Under the pieces are notes generated by a model that had not been told where the DNA came from, did no database searches, and was given only the letters and a program-made list of their open reading frames with translations. A stretch of DNA of 25,479 nt from a virus (lineage: Duplodnaviria > Caudoviricetes): the IMG/VR virus record IMGVR_UViG_3300033498_000013, positions 1-25,479 of that record, one strand, 5' to 3'. The translations under genes were made by a program, and so were the position numbers. This document shows, piece after piece, positions 9,568 to 17,382 of this stretch; the stretch's first letter is position 1; each line of letters starts with the position of its first letter.

Positions 9568-9865
9568 TGCTCCAAAGTGATCCAAAGTTTGAACGAATTG
9601 GATCATTTTGATACAGCCGTGTAGTTGAAACAACTACAAGTCCGTCATTATTAGACTTGGCTAATATATGAAGAACCAAATATACCTAGACGTATACTTC
9701 GGATCATTGGAGCACCTAAGTACTTGATTTAAAACGTTTGATCCAAAATGATCCAAAGTTCATGTATCTACTCACGTAACCCCCTAAGAGGGCCTAGGGC
9801 ATGTACTAGGCAATTCTGTGGGTGAAGGGAGGCGAATTTCGGATCATTTCGGATCAAATTGATCC
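9568..9865. repeat. array of TG(A/C)TCC(A/G)A repeats in both orientations
   Basis: Copies at 9568, 9578, 9739, 9749 (+), 9598, 9698, 9707, 9837, 9847 (-) and a partial copy at 9860; eight contain GATC. Confidence 0.8.
9717..9729 (-). promoter_or_regulatory. IHF consensus site
   Basis: TAAGTACTTGATT is the reverse complement of an exact WATCAANNNNTTR match, in the middle of the repeat array. Confidence 0.5.
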
Positions 9866-9919
9866 TGCATATATGACCAATGGGTTACGTTTCTGTCATA
9901 CGACCCCCATGTCATACGC

Positions 9920-9972
9920 TCATGTATACGTTTAGAACCTAAATGTATACATGAACGCCCTCTTGCGAGGGC
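9920..9972 (-). other. two adjacent hairpins downstream of the 9994-10209 gene
   Basis: TCATGTATACGTTTAG-AAC-CTAAATGTATACATGA (9920-9954) and GCCCTC-TTGC-GAGGGC (9957-9972; GCAA loop on the minus strand). Confidence 0.55.
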
Positions 9973-9993
9973 ATCCATGTACTGCTTGTTTAC

Positions 9994-10209
9994 TTACTTA
10001 CGTCCAAGCGCTGTGTTAACAGCGACACTGACGTACTGCTCCATACGGAGCGCTGCGTCATCAGCACCAAGCTCGCGAACGAGCTGGTACGCGTCGATGG
10101 CTGCGCCAACGACGACGACGCTGTGGTTAACCACGCTACCAATGGTAGCTGCGGTTGTGACGGACGCTTGGCTCATGTACTCCATGAAGTCGTTTGTATT
10201 GAATGTCAT
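9994..10209 (-). CDS. hypothetical protein, first gene of the leftward arm
   Basis: TTAGGAG RBS spaced to the second ATG. Confidence 0.65.
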   Translation of the reverse strand: MTFNTNDFMEYMSQASVTTAATIGSVVNHSVVVVGAAIDAYQLVRELGADDAALRMEQYVSVAVNTALGRK

Positions 10210-10295
10210 GATCATCTCCTAAGTAAGACATAAAATCGGAATTCGGAAACCGAATCCGAAGCCACTCCCCTCTTTGTGGAAGAGGGGAGATAGTA

Positions 10296-10387
10296 CGAAC
10301 CCCATAGATTTTTAGAAATTTGCAGAAAAAGTATACTTATCCTCCGAACCTCATGGATTTTCAGAAATTCACAGAAGAAGTATACTT
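10296..10387. repeat. 43-bp imperfect direct repeat, two copies
   Basis: 10296-10338 and 10345-10387 match at 37 of 43 positions; each ends in the palindrome AAGTATACTT. Confidence 0.85.
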
Positions 10388-10420
10388 CTAAAATTTTTAT
10401 AAAATTTTTCACGGGAATCG

Positions 10421-10434
10421 CTATCTGCTACACT
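10421..10434 (+). promoter_or_regulatory. putative late promoter (extended -10)
   Basis: CTATCTGCTACACT, nearly identical to CTATCTGATACACT at 13525; fits TGnTAnnnT. Confidence 0.55.
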
Positions 10435-10440
10435 ATTTGG

Positions 10441-10920
10441 ATGATCAAAACTCCGCCTAAGCGTAAACCGAAGCCAAAACCGCTTACCCCGATACAGGAA
10501 GCGTATGTAAACGAGAAGATGATGGGTAGACCACCCTCGGTGTTGCTCGGGAGAAGTGCAGAGGGCTGCGCCGCCAGCGAGACGGTGCAGCGCGAGCTGG
10601 CTATCCAGCAGCGTATACTTGCCGAAGAGGTGCAGATATCCCGACGGGATGTGGTTGAAGGCATACTCGCCGCCATAAACAGGGCGAAGTTGCAGGCAGA
10701 GCCTGCTACGGAGATCGCCGGCTGGCGGGAAGTGGGTAAAATCCTCGGCCACTACGCTCCAGAGACCAAGAAAGTCATGCTTACGGACGATCAGGACAAG
10801 ATTGTGCGCAAGCTGGAGTCCATGTCCACCGCAGAGCTGCTTCAGATGGTCGAGCGCAAGCGCATAATCAGGCAAGGAGCGACGATAGATGGCGAGTCCA
10901 AGCAAGTCCCGACAGTTTGA
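10441..10920 (+). CDS. terS: terminase small subunit
   Basis: Directly upstream of and overlapping terL; LTPIQEAYV N-terminal motif, helical core and REVGKILGHYAP as in phage TerS proteins. Confidence 0.8.
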   Translation: MIKTPPKRKPKPKPLTPIQEAYVNEKMMGRPPSVLLGRSAEGCAASETVQRELAIQQRILAEEVQISRRDVVEGILAAINRAKLQAEPATEIAGWREVGKILGHYAPETKKVMLTDDQDKIVRKLESMSTAELLQMVERKRIIRQGATIDGESKQVPTV

Positions 10921-13510
10921 GGCTCCAAAAGTCTGTTACGCCTGCGGGGAGTTGTACTCCAAGGCGTTTTTCACGTCCCACGAGACTGTGTGCAACATCT
11001 GTATGCTGGATAACGCCGGGGAAGTCCCTACCATCCTGCCCCACGACCCCGCGAACGCTCCTCCACCCCCGCCACCCACCCCTCCTACGCCGTCAGACGA
11101 CCCACTGGCGGATGTACACATCCCGGATGAGATAGAAATCTATGAGCAGGGCGAGCGGGTGCTCATGGCACGCTCCCTGCTCGCCTTTGTCCAGCGTTTC
11201 AAGCCTGATTACATGGCTGGCTGGGTGCATGTGGACATCTGTCGGCGCTTGGAGCGCTTCATGCATGACGTGGAGCAGAAGAAACGCCCACGGCTCCTCC
11301 TCTGTATGCCCCCACGGCACGGAAAGTCCACCCTTACGTCCAATTTCTTCCCCGCGTGGGTCTTAGGACACCACCCTGAGTGGGAGATCATCGCCGCCAG
11401 CCACACGCAGTCCCTTGCCTTGAAGTTCAGCGGGTTTATTCGAGACCTTGTGCGAGACCCGGCGTATACGGCTACCTTCCCCAGCTCCCTGCTGAACCCG
11501 GAGAGCCAGTCCAAGGAGGCGTGGGACACTACCCGGCGCGGTGGGTATCTCGCTGCCGGTGTGGGCACGGGTATTACCGGGCGCGGGGCGCACGTATTAA
11601 TCATCGACGACCCTATCAAGGATATGGAGGCGGCGGACTCCGCCACCATCAGGGATAACATCTGGGAGTGGTACGCCTCCACTGCCTACACGCGGATTGC
11701 TCCCGGCGGCGGTGTACTCGGGATCATGTGTATGACTGGAGACACGCCTGTGCTCATGGCCGACGGCTCCACTCGACGGCTCGACACTCTGACACGCTCC
11801 GACGAGGTGGCTACATACGAGAACGGCAGGTTAACTTCTTCTGTAGTCAAAGGGTTAAAGTCAAATGGTCGTGATTCCATCCTGAAAATTACGACGAACT
11901 CTGGTAGAATCGTCAGAGCGAATCAGAGACATCCGTTTCTCGCTACGGCCCCTACCGGAGAACTCAAATGGATACGAGCACGAAGCTTGACTACAGCGAG
12001 CAGAATCGTAACGCTAAAGGCCGGTGGGGTAAGTGGAAAGGGGCTGCATGCCTCGTTGACGGATGCACTAGTAAGGTTGTCTGCCGTGGATACTGCGAGT
12101 CTCACTACGCAAAGAAGCGCTGGGCTGACGGACACCGTAGCGCAGCTGATGGCGCAGAACCCCGCCGTAACGCCAGACTCAAACACCGCTATGGCATCAC
12201 AGCAGCAGAGTACGACAGGATGTTCGCCGAACAGCATGGTGTCTGTGCCATCTGCGGGAAGCCTGCCGACGCCACGCAGCCTAAGCACTGGGGCAGGAAG
12301 CTCGCCGTTGATCACTGCCACGACACAGGGAAAGTCAGAGGACTTCTGTGCTTCTCCTGCAACACCGGAGTCGGATTACTTGGCACTGAGCAGTTGGCAC
12401 TTGCCGCAGCCGGGTATCTCAGACTTCACACTGGATGAGATAGTCAGTATCGAGCCAGACGGGGTTGAAGAAGTCTTCGACCTTTCCGTAGAACGCACCG
12501 AGAACTTCATCGCCGACGGAGTAGTTAGTCACAACACTTTGTGGAACGAAGACGACTGGGGCGGGCGGATCATAGACATCAGCGAGAGTGGAGATGGAGA
12601 CAAATTTGAAGTTGTGCGTTATCCAGCCATCAACGAAGGTTATGCAGAGTTTCTGCACCCTGACGAACGACAGATCGTGCACGTTCCCGTCGGCCCCGAC
12701 GGACAGTACGAAGCCCCACCGGAGCATCTGCTCCTGCGAGCACCGGGAAGTGCACTACATCCGGACAGGTATGACATTGGTGCGCTGAGGGCGATCCAGA
12801 AGAACTACTACGCCCGTGGGAACCAGCGGGTGTGGTCGGCTCTCTTCCAGCAGAAGCCCACGCCGGAGGACGGGGTGTACTTCACGAAGAGCCTGTTCCG
12901 CTACTACTCCGCCGCGCCCAGCCGTCGCTACCGCACGGTCTATCAGGCGTGGGACTTTGCTATTACGGAGCAGCAGACCAGTGACTACACGGTGGGCGCT
13001 ACTATCTTGCAGGACGAGAACGACGGGTTGTACGTGCTGGACATCAAGCGCTTCCGCTCCGACGACAGCATAGAGATCGTGGACACGATGATCGACTACT
13101 ACACCCAGTACGACGCGGACTTGATCGGCTTCGAGGACGGTCAGATATGGAAGACCATGCAGGCGCAGTGGGAGAAGCGCTGTCTGGAGCGCCGCGTGTA
13201 CCCTAGCTGGGAGGTGCTGAAGCCCCTCACGGACAAGAAGGTACGCGCCATGCCGCTGCGCGGGCGGATGCAGCTCGGAAAGGTTTACTTCCCGGAGGCG
13301 GCAGAGTGGCTGCACGAGTGTCGGCAGGAGATGCTTACTTTCCCCGCAGGGAAGCATGACGACCAAGTGGATGCGCTGGCATGGGCGGTGCGGCTTACCC
13401 TCGCCAGAGCAGCGCCCACCCTGCCGAAACCGTCCACTTCTGTGCGCTCGTGGCGGGAGAAGCTGGGCAGCTACGGGATCGAGGGAGAAGCTAGCGCTAT
13501 GGCAGCGTGA
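10889..13510 (+). CDS. terL: terminase large subunit containing an intein
   Basis: Walker A MPPRHGKS, GVGTGITGRGAH, Walker B LIIDDP, coupling motif GIM|TLW split by the intein, nuclease motifs AWDFA, SDYTV and HDDQVDA. Confidence 0.96.
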   Translation: MASPSKSRQFEAPKVCYACGELYSKAFFTSHETVCNICMLDNAGEVPTILPHDPANAPPPPPPTPPTPSDDPLADVHIPDEIEIYEQGERVLMARSLLAFVQRFKPDYMAGWVHVDICRRLERFMHDVEQKKRPRLLLCMPPRHGKSTLTSNFFPAWVLGHHPEWEIIAASHTQSLALKFSGFIRDLVRDPAYTATFPSSLLNPESQSKEAWDTTRRGGYLAAGVGTGITGRGAHVLIIDDPIKDMEAADSATIRDNIWEWYASTAYTRIAPGGGVLGIMCMTGDTPVLMADGSTRRLDTLTRSDEVATYENGRLTSSVVKGLKSNGRDSILKITTNSGRIVRANQRHPFLATAPTGELKWIRARSLTTASRIVTLKAGGVSGKGLHASLTDALVRLSAVDTASLTTQRSAGLTDTVAQLMAQNPAVTPDSNTAMASQQQSTTGCSPNSMVSVPSAGSLPTPRSLSTGAGSSPLITATTQGKSEDFCASPATPESDYLALSSWHLPQPGISDFTLDEIVSIEPDGVEEVFDLSVERTENFIADGVVSHNTLWNEDDWGGRIIDISESGDGDKFEVVRYPAINEGYAEFLHPDERQIVHVPVGPDGQYEAPPEHLLLRAPGSALHPDRYDIGALRAIQKNYYARGNQRVWSALFQQKPTPEDGVYFTKSLFRYYSAAPSRRYRTVYQAWDFAITEQQTSDYTVGATILQDENDGLYVLDIKRFRSDDSIEIVDTMIDYYTQYDADLIGFEDGQIWKTMQAQWEKRCLERRVYPSWEVLKPLTDKKVRAMPLRGRMQLGKVYFPEAAEWLHECRQEMLTFPAGKHDDQVDALAWAVRLTLARAAPTLPKPSTSVRSWREKLGSYGIEGEASAMAA
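11729..12535 (+). mobile_element. intein (269 aa, TerL residues 281-549)
   Basis: Block A CMTGDTPVLMADG, block B RANQRHPFL, block F VFDLSVERTENFIA, block G VVSHN followed by Thr+1. Excision restores GGGVLGIM-TLWNEDDWGG. Confidence 0.93.
11968..12438 (+). CDS. endonuclease VII-family (His-Me) nuclease, nested out of frame inside the intein
   Basis: YGITAAEYDRMFAEQHGVCAIC...LAVDHCHDTGKVRGLLCFSCN...AAGYL; additional N-terminal C-x4-C-x9-C-x2-H finger; GGAG at 11957-11960, 7 nt before the ATG. Confidence 0.9.
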   Translation: MDTSTKLDYSEQNRNAKGRWGKWKGAACLVDGCTSKVVCRGYCESHYAKKRWADGHRSAADGAEPRRNARLKHRYGITAAEYDRMFAEQHGVCAICGKPADATQPKHWGRKLAVDHCHDTGKVRGLLCFSCNTGVGLLGTEQLALAAAGYLRLHTG

Positions 13511-13524
13511 CCACTTTTTCACAA

Positions 13525-13538
13525 CTATCTGATACACT
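13525..13538 (+). promoter_or_regulatory. putative late promoter (extended -10)
   Basis: CTATCTGATACACT in the short gap after terL, preceded by TTTTTCAC as at the terS copy. Confidence 0.55.
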
Positions 13539-13561
13539 TCGCGAAACTGGAAAGGGGTTGT

Positions 13562-13927
13562 ATGTCTGCACTCGCTGGTGAATTCGTCATGCGCTGCTTC
13601 CATGCGCGTACTGCCGCGCATGTACTGCACTTGAAGTCCCGCAGCTACGCCGCGCACATGGCCCTGCACGACTTCTACGACGAGATTGTGGACTTGGCTG
13701 ACAGCTTCGCGGAGGCCTACCAAGGCGAGTACGGCCTGATTACGGAGTACCCCACCAAGTACGACCTGTCCGCCGACGCGCTGGAGATGCTGGAAGACCT
13801 GTCCCTCTGGATTGATAAGAACCGCAAGAAGTGCGGGGACACGACAGATACTTACATGCAGAACATCATCGACGAGATTCTTGCGTTGATCCGGTCTACC
13901 CAATACAAGCTCCGCTTCCTGAAGTAA
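13562..13927 (+). CDS. ferritin/Dps-like four-helix protein (DUF5856-like)
   Basis: HVLHL..RSYAAHMAL.DFYD.I..LADSFAEAYQG.YG and QNIIDEI...YKLRFL pattern. Confidence 0.75.
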   Translation: MSALAGEFVMRCFHARTAAHVLHLKSRSYAAHMALHDFYDEIVDLADSFAEAYQGEYGLITEYPTKYDLSADALEMLEDLSLWIDKNRKKCGDTTDTYMQNIIDEILALIRSTQYKLRFLK

Positions 13928-14003
13928 TCCATGCCACGCCTGCGAGACTCCGCCCAGCTCCGCGACGAATATACTGCCAGCCTGAACGCAGAAAGGTAAT
14001 ACC

Positions 14004-16133
14004 GTGCCTATAAATACCGCCCTCGCAAACGAACAGTGGCAGCGCTACCAGTACTGCCGAGACCGTGGGCACCTGCCGTTCTTGGAGAAGGCAGACCGCT
14101 GTGAGCAGTTCTTTGCCGGAGAGCAGTGGGCGCAGACGGACTTGAACACGCTGCGCTTGCAGAAGCGCCCCGCCTTGACGATCAACAAGATCATCAGCAC
14201 GCTGAACACCGTGTTCGGAGAGCAGATCATAAACCGCTCGGAGGTGCTGTTCCGCCCGAAGCACGGCGCTCCAGCCCCTACTGCTGAGGCACTGACGAAG
14301 GTCTGGATGTACATCGCGCAGCAGAACCAGTTGTCGTGGGCGCGGTCAGACATGTTTGCGGACGGTTGTATCCGCAGTCGCGGCTTTCTGGACGTACGGC
14401 TGGACTTTACGGACAGCATGAAGGGCGAGGTGTCCATCACGAACTTGAACAGCAAGAACGTGGTGATTGACCCGGATGCGGAAGAGTACGACCCGGACTT
14501 CTGGAACGACGTGTTCATCACGAAGTGGATGACCCCGCAGGACATCAGTATCCTGTACTCCGATAAAGACGCGGATATCCTGAAGGACAGAGATGGATCA
14601 GCGTACCCTTATGGCTACGATTCTATTGAGCGAACTCGCGACAGGTTTGGCGGTAATCAGTTGCTGGCTGGGTACTATGGAATCCTCGACCCGCACAACG
14701 TGCGGCGGAATGTGCGTGTTATCGACCGTCAGTATCGTCGTCTGGATAAGCAACAGCATTTCGTAGACATCGAGACCGGGGATATGCGCCCTGTCCCGAC
14801 GGACTGGGATAGAAACCGTATTGCCATGCTCATCGAGAAGGCAGGCGGGCAGATCAGCACGACGAAGAAGCTGACGAAGCGGATTCGCTGGACAGTGACG
14901 GCGGACTCCGTGGTCCTCCACGACGACTGGTCGCCGCACAAGCACTTCACGGTTGTACCGTACTTCCCGCACTTCCGCTACGGCAAGACCATCGGGCTGG
15001 TAGAGAACCTGATCTCCAGCCAAGAGTTGCTGAACAAGACCTCCAGCCAAGAGCTGCATGTGGTGAACACTACCGCGAATAGCGGCTGGAAGCTGAAGGT
15101 CGGCTCCTTGCAGAACATGTCCGTCGAGGAGCTGGAGCAGAAAGGTGCGCAGACCGGGCTTGTCATCGAGCTGGATGACATCGCGAACGCCGAGAAGATC
15201 ACTCCGAACGCCACGCCTACCGGCCTAGACCGGATCAGCTACAAGGCTGAGGAGCACATCAAGAGCATCAGCGGAGTCAGCGACTCCATGCAGGGTTTTG
15301 ACCGCGAGGACGTGGCTGCGAAGGCGATTCAGACGAAGCGGCAACAGGGCACACAGAACCTCAGCAAGCCTATGGATAACCTTCAGCGCACGGACTTCAT
15401 CCTTGCGCGGAACGTCCTAGACCTGATCCAGACCTACTACACGGAAGAGCGGCTCGTAAACATCACCCACGACGACGTAACGCGGGAGTCCGAGACTATC
15501 GCTGTGAACCAGCCTGACCCGACCACTGGCGCTATCACGAACGACCTGACACTGGGCGAGTACGACATCATTATCTCCAGCCAGCCGTACCGCGACAGCC
15601 TTGAGGATAACCAGTTTGACCAGCTTCTTGAGATGCGCAAGCAGGGCATCCAGTTGCCGGATAGCGTGGTCATCGAGTCCAGTCGGCTCCAGCGCAAGGC
15701 GGAGATCGTCAAGCAGATGGAGTCCGCCCAGAACTCGCCGGAAGCGCAGCAGAGGGCGCAGTTGGAGATGCGGAACCTTGAAGCGCAGGTATCGCTGGCC
15801 GAGTCCACCGCCCAAGAGAAGCAGGCCAGCGCCCAGTTGAAGATGGCACAGGCGCAGGCCGCTGCCACGGAAGACGGCGGTGCAGAGGTAGCGGCGGCAG
15901 AACTGGGTATGGATCAGCAGAAGATGGAAGCAGAGCTGGCCTTCGAGCGTGAGAAGATGGACATGGAGCGCGAGAAGCTACAGATGGAAATGGACATGAA
16001 GCGGCAGGCGGCGGAGCTGGATTTGAAGCTCAAGCAGGAAACCCACGCGCAGGACGCCATTCTTAAAGAGCAGCAGGCAGCAGTACAGATGGCTCAAACT
16101 GAGAAGCAAGAGTCCAGTGACGACGATTTTTAA
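14004..16133 (+). CDS. portal protein (P22-like, long C-terminal coiled coil)
   Basis: FFAGEQW...RPALTINKI N-terminal motif, position after terminase, Q/E/A/M-rich tail. Confidence 0.88.
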   Translation: MPINTALANEQWQRYQYCRDRGHLPFLEKADRCEQFFAGEQWAQTDLNTLRLQKRPALTINKIISTLNTVFGEQIINRSEVLFRPKHGAPAPTAEALTKVWMYIAQQNQLSWARSDMFADGCIRSRGFLDVRLDFTDSMKGEVSITNLNSKNVVIDPDAEEYDPDFWNDVFITKWMTPQDISILYSDKDADILKDRDGSAYPYGYDSIERTRDRFGGNQLLAGYYGILDPHNVRRNVRVIDRQYRRLDKQQHFVDIETGDMRPVPTDWDRNRIAMLIEKAGGQISTTKKLTKRIRWTVTADSVVLHDDWSPHKHFTVVPYFPHFRYGKTIGLVENLISSQELLNKTSSQELHVVNTTANSGWKLKVGSLQNMSVEELEQKGAQTGLVIELDDIANAEKITPNATPTGLDRISYKAEEHIKSISGVSDSMQGFDREDVAAKAIQTKRQQGTQNLSKPMDNLQRTDFILARNVLDLIQTYYTEERLVNITHDDVTRESETIAVNQPDPTTGAITNDLTLGEYDIIISSQPYRDSLEDNQFDQLLEMRKQGIQLPDSVVIESSRLQRKAEIVKQMESAQNSPEAQQRAQLEMRNLEAQVSLAESTAQEKQASAQLKMAQAQAAATEDGGAEVAAAELGMDQQKMEAELAFEREKMDMEREKLQMEMDMKRQAAELDLKLKQETHAQDAILKEQQAAVQMAQTEKQESSDDDF

Positions 16134-16149
16134 CCAGCGGGAGTAACGT

Positions 16150-17133
16150 ATGTCAGAAGAAAACGTAGACCTGTCCACACTGGACAGAGGCGACAGCTTG
16201 GAGCCGGTGGTAGTTGTGCCGGATACCGCCGCAGCAGAACAAGGCGAAGCGGATGCCGCGAAGCTTGCCGAAGACCTCGGCAAGGCTGAGCCAGCCAAGG
16301 AAGAGCCGGAGCAGCCCCGTGACGAGACCGGGAAGTTCACGAAGAAGGATAAGGACGAGGATGGCAAGCACATCGGCATCCCGAAGACCGTCTTCGACGA
16401 GCGGATCAACGCAGAGCGGGCCGCACGCCTCGCCGCAGAACAGCGGCTGAACGAGCTTCAGGCCAAGATTGACCAAGCCGCGCACAGCATTGACGCCTCT
16501 CAGCTTGAGGCGGATATTATTGCGAAGGAAGCCCTGCACACCAAGTACCTGATGGAAGGGGAGTCGGAGAAAGCGGCGCAGGTTATGGCGGAAATCCGCC
16601 ACGCTGAGCGTGAGGTGCGCAAGCTGGAAGACACCCGTGTACGTGCGGAAGAGACAGCCGCCCAGTTCCAGCAGCGCCAGATTGACGAAGAGAAAGCGCG
16701 GGTTAACGAGGTGATCACCTCACTGGAGACGGAGCATCCGGAGTTCAACGAGAAGTCTGAGTCGTTCAGCCCGAAGCTGGTGAATCTGGTGCTGGCGGAG
16801 CAGGCTCGGCTGATCTCGGAGGAAGGCTACAGCCCGTCGCAGGCGTTGTCTTTGGCCGCTGAGGACGTGCTCTCTATCCGTGGCGCGTCTACGCTGGCCG
16901 CTGCGCAGGAGACGGGCGGGAAGGGCGTAGCCGCTGAGCGGAAGGCCGCAGCAGTAGCCAAGAACATCGGCGCGGCACACGCACAGCCCGGTTCCATGAA
17001 GGAAGTCGGTATCGACAGCGACAAGGCTGGCTCCACTCGTCCTGAGAATGAGGACGCGGTGAAGATGACCTACGAGGAGTTCTCGGCGCTGCCGGAAACT
17101 ACGAAAGCAAAGATGCGCGGAGACTTCATCTAA
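16150..17133 (+). CDS. capsid scaffolding protein
   Basis: Acidic coiled-coil protein between portal and capsid; PRDETGKF and IPKTVFDE motifs. Confidence 0.75.
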   Translation: MSEENVDLSTLDRGDSLEPVVVVPDTAAAEQGEADAAKLAEDLGKAEPAKEEPEQPRDETGKFTKKDKDEDGKHIGIPKTVFDERINAERAARLAAEQRLNELQAKIDQAAHSIDASQLEADIIAKEALHTKYLMEGESEKAAQVMAEIRHAEREVRKLEDTRVRAEETAAQFQQRQIDEEKARVNEVITSLETEHPEFNEKSESFSPKLVNLVLAEQARLISEEGYSPSQALSLAAEDVLSIRGASTLAAAQETGGKGVAAERKAAAVAKNIGAAHAQPGSMKEVGIDSDKAGSTRPENEDAVKMTYEEFSALPETTKAKMRGDFI

Positions 17134-17382
17134 AATGTTTGCGCGAGTTAACTTTTTTTGATAGAGTCTCGCGTAACGAGTGGTGGCCGTAAGCCACCAT
17201 CCCTCACTGGCGGATTGTAGCCAGTCTCGTGAGCCTCCGACGACACAAGAGGCCGAGTCGATCCCGTAAGGACCGTACTTCGCACTTTGCCAGCGACACA
17301 GGCAGACGCAGACACCGCGAGAGTGTGTTGGAGGGCGCAAGCTCACTACGAAATGTACGGTCACTTTTATAGGAGATTCCTC

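Noticed and set aside
9568-10387. Repeats as a CRISPR array
   Set aside because: Units are short, mixed in orientation and irregularly spaced, or present in only two copies with a 6-nt gap.
11923-12321. Third open frame (minus strand) across the intein and nuclease overlap
   Set aside because: No protein motifs; plausibly a by-product of two constrained sense frames.
11729-12535. Group I intron as the explanation for the terL insertion
   Set aside because: The insertion is in frame, stop-free and bounded by canonical intein Cys and His-Asn/Thr residues.
13931-13999. 22-codon ORF between the ferritin-like gene and portal
   Set aside because: No clear RBS and too short to support.
17287-17382. 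N-terminal extension of the capsid ORF from TTG 17287
   Set aside because: GTG 17383 has a well-spaced AGGAG; the upstream part lies in the structured leader.
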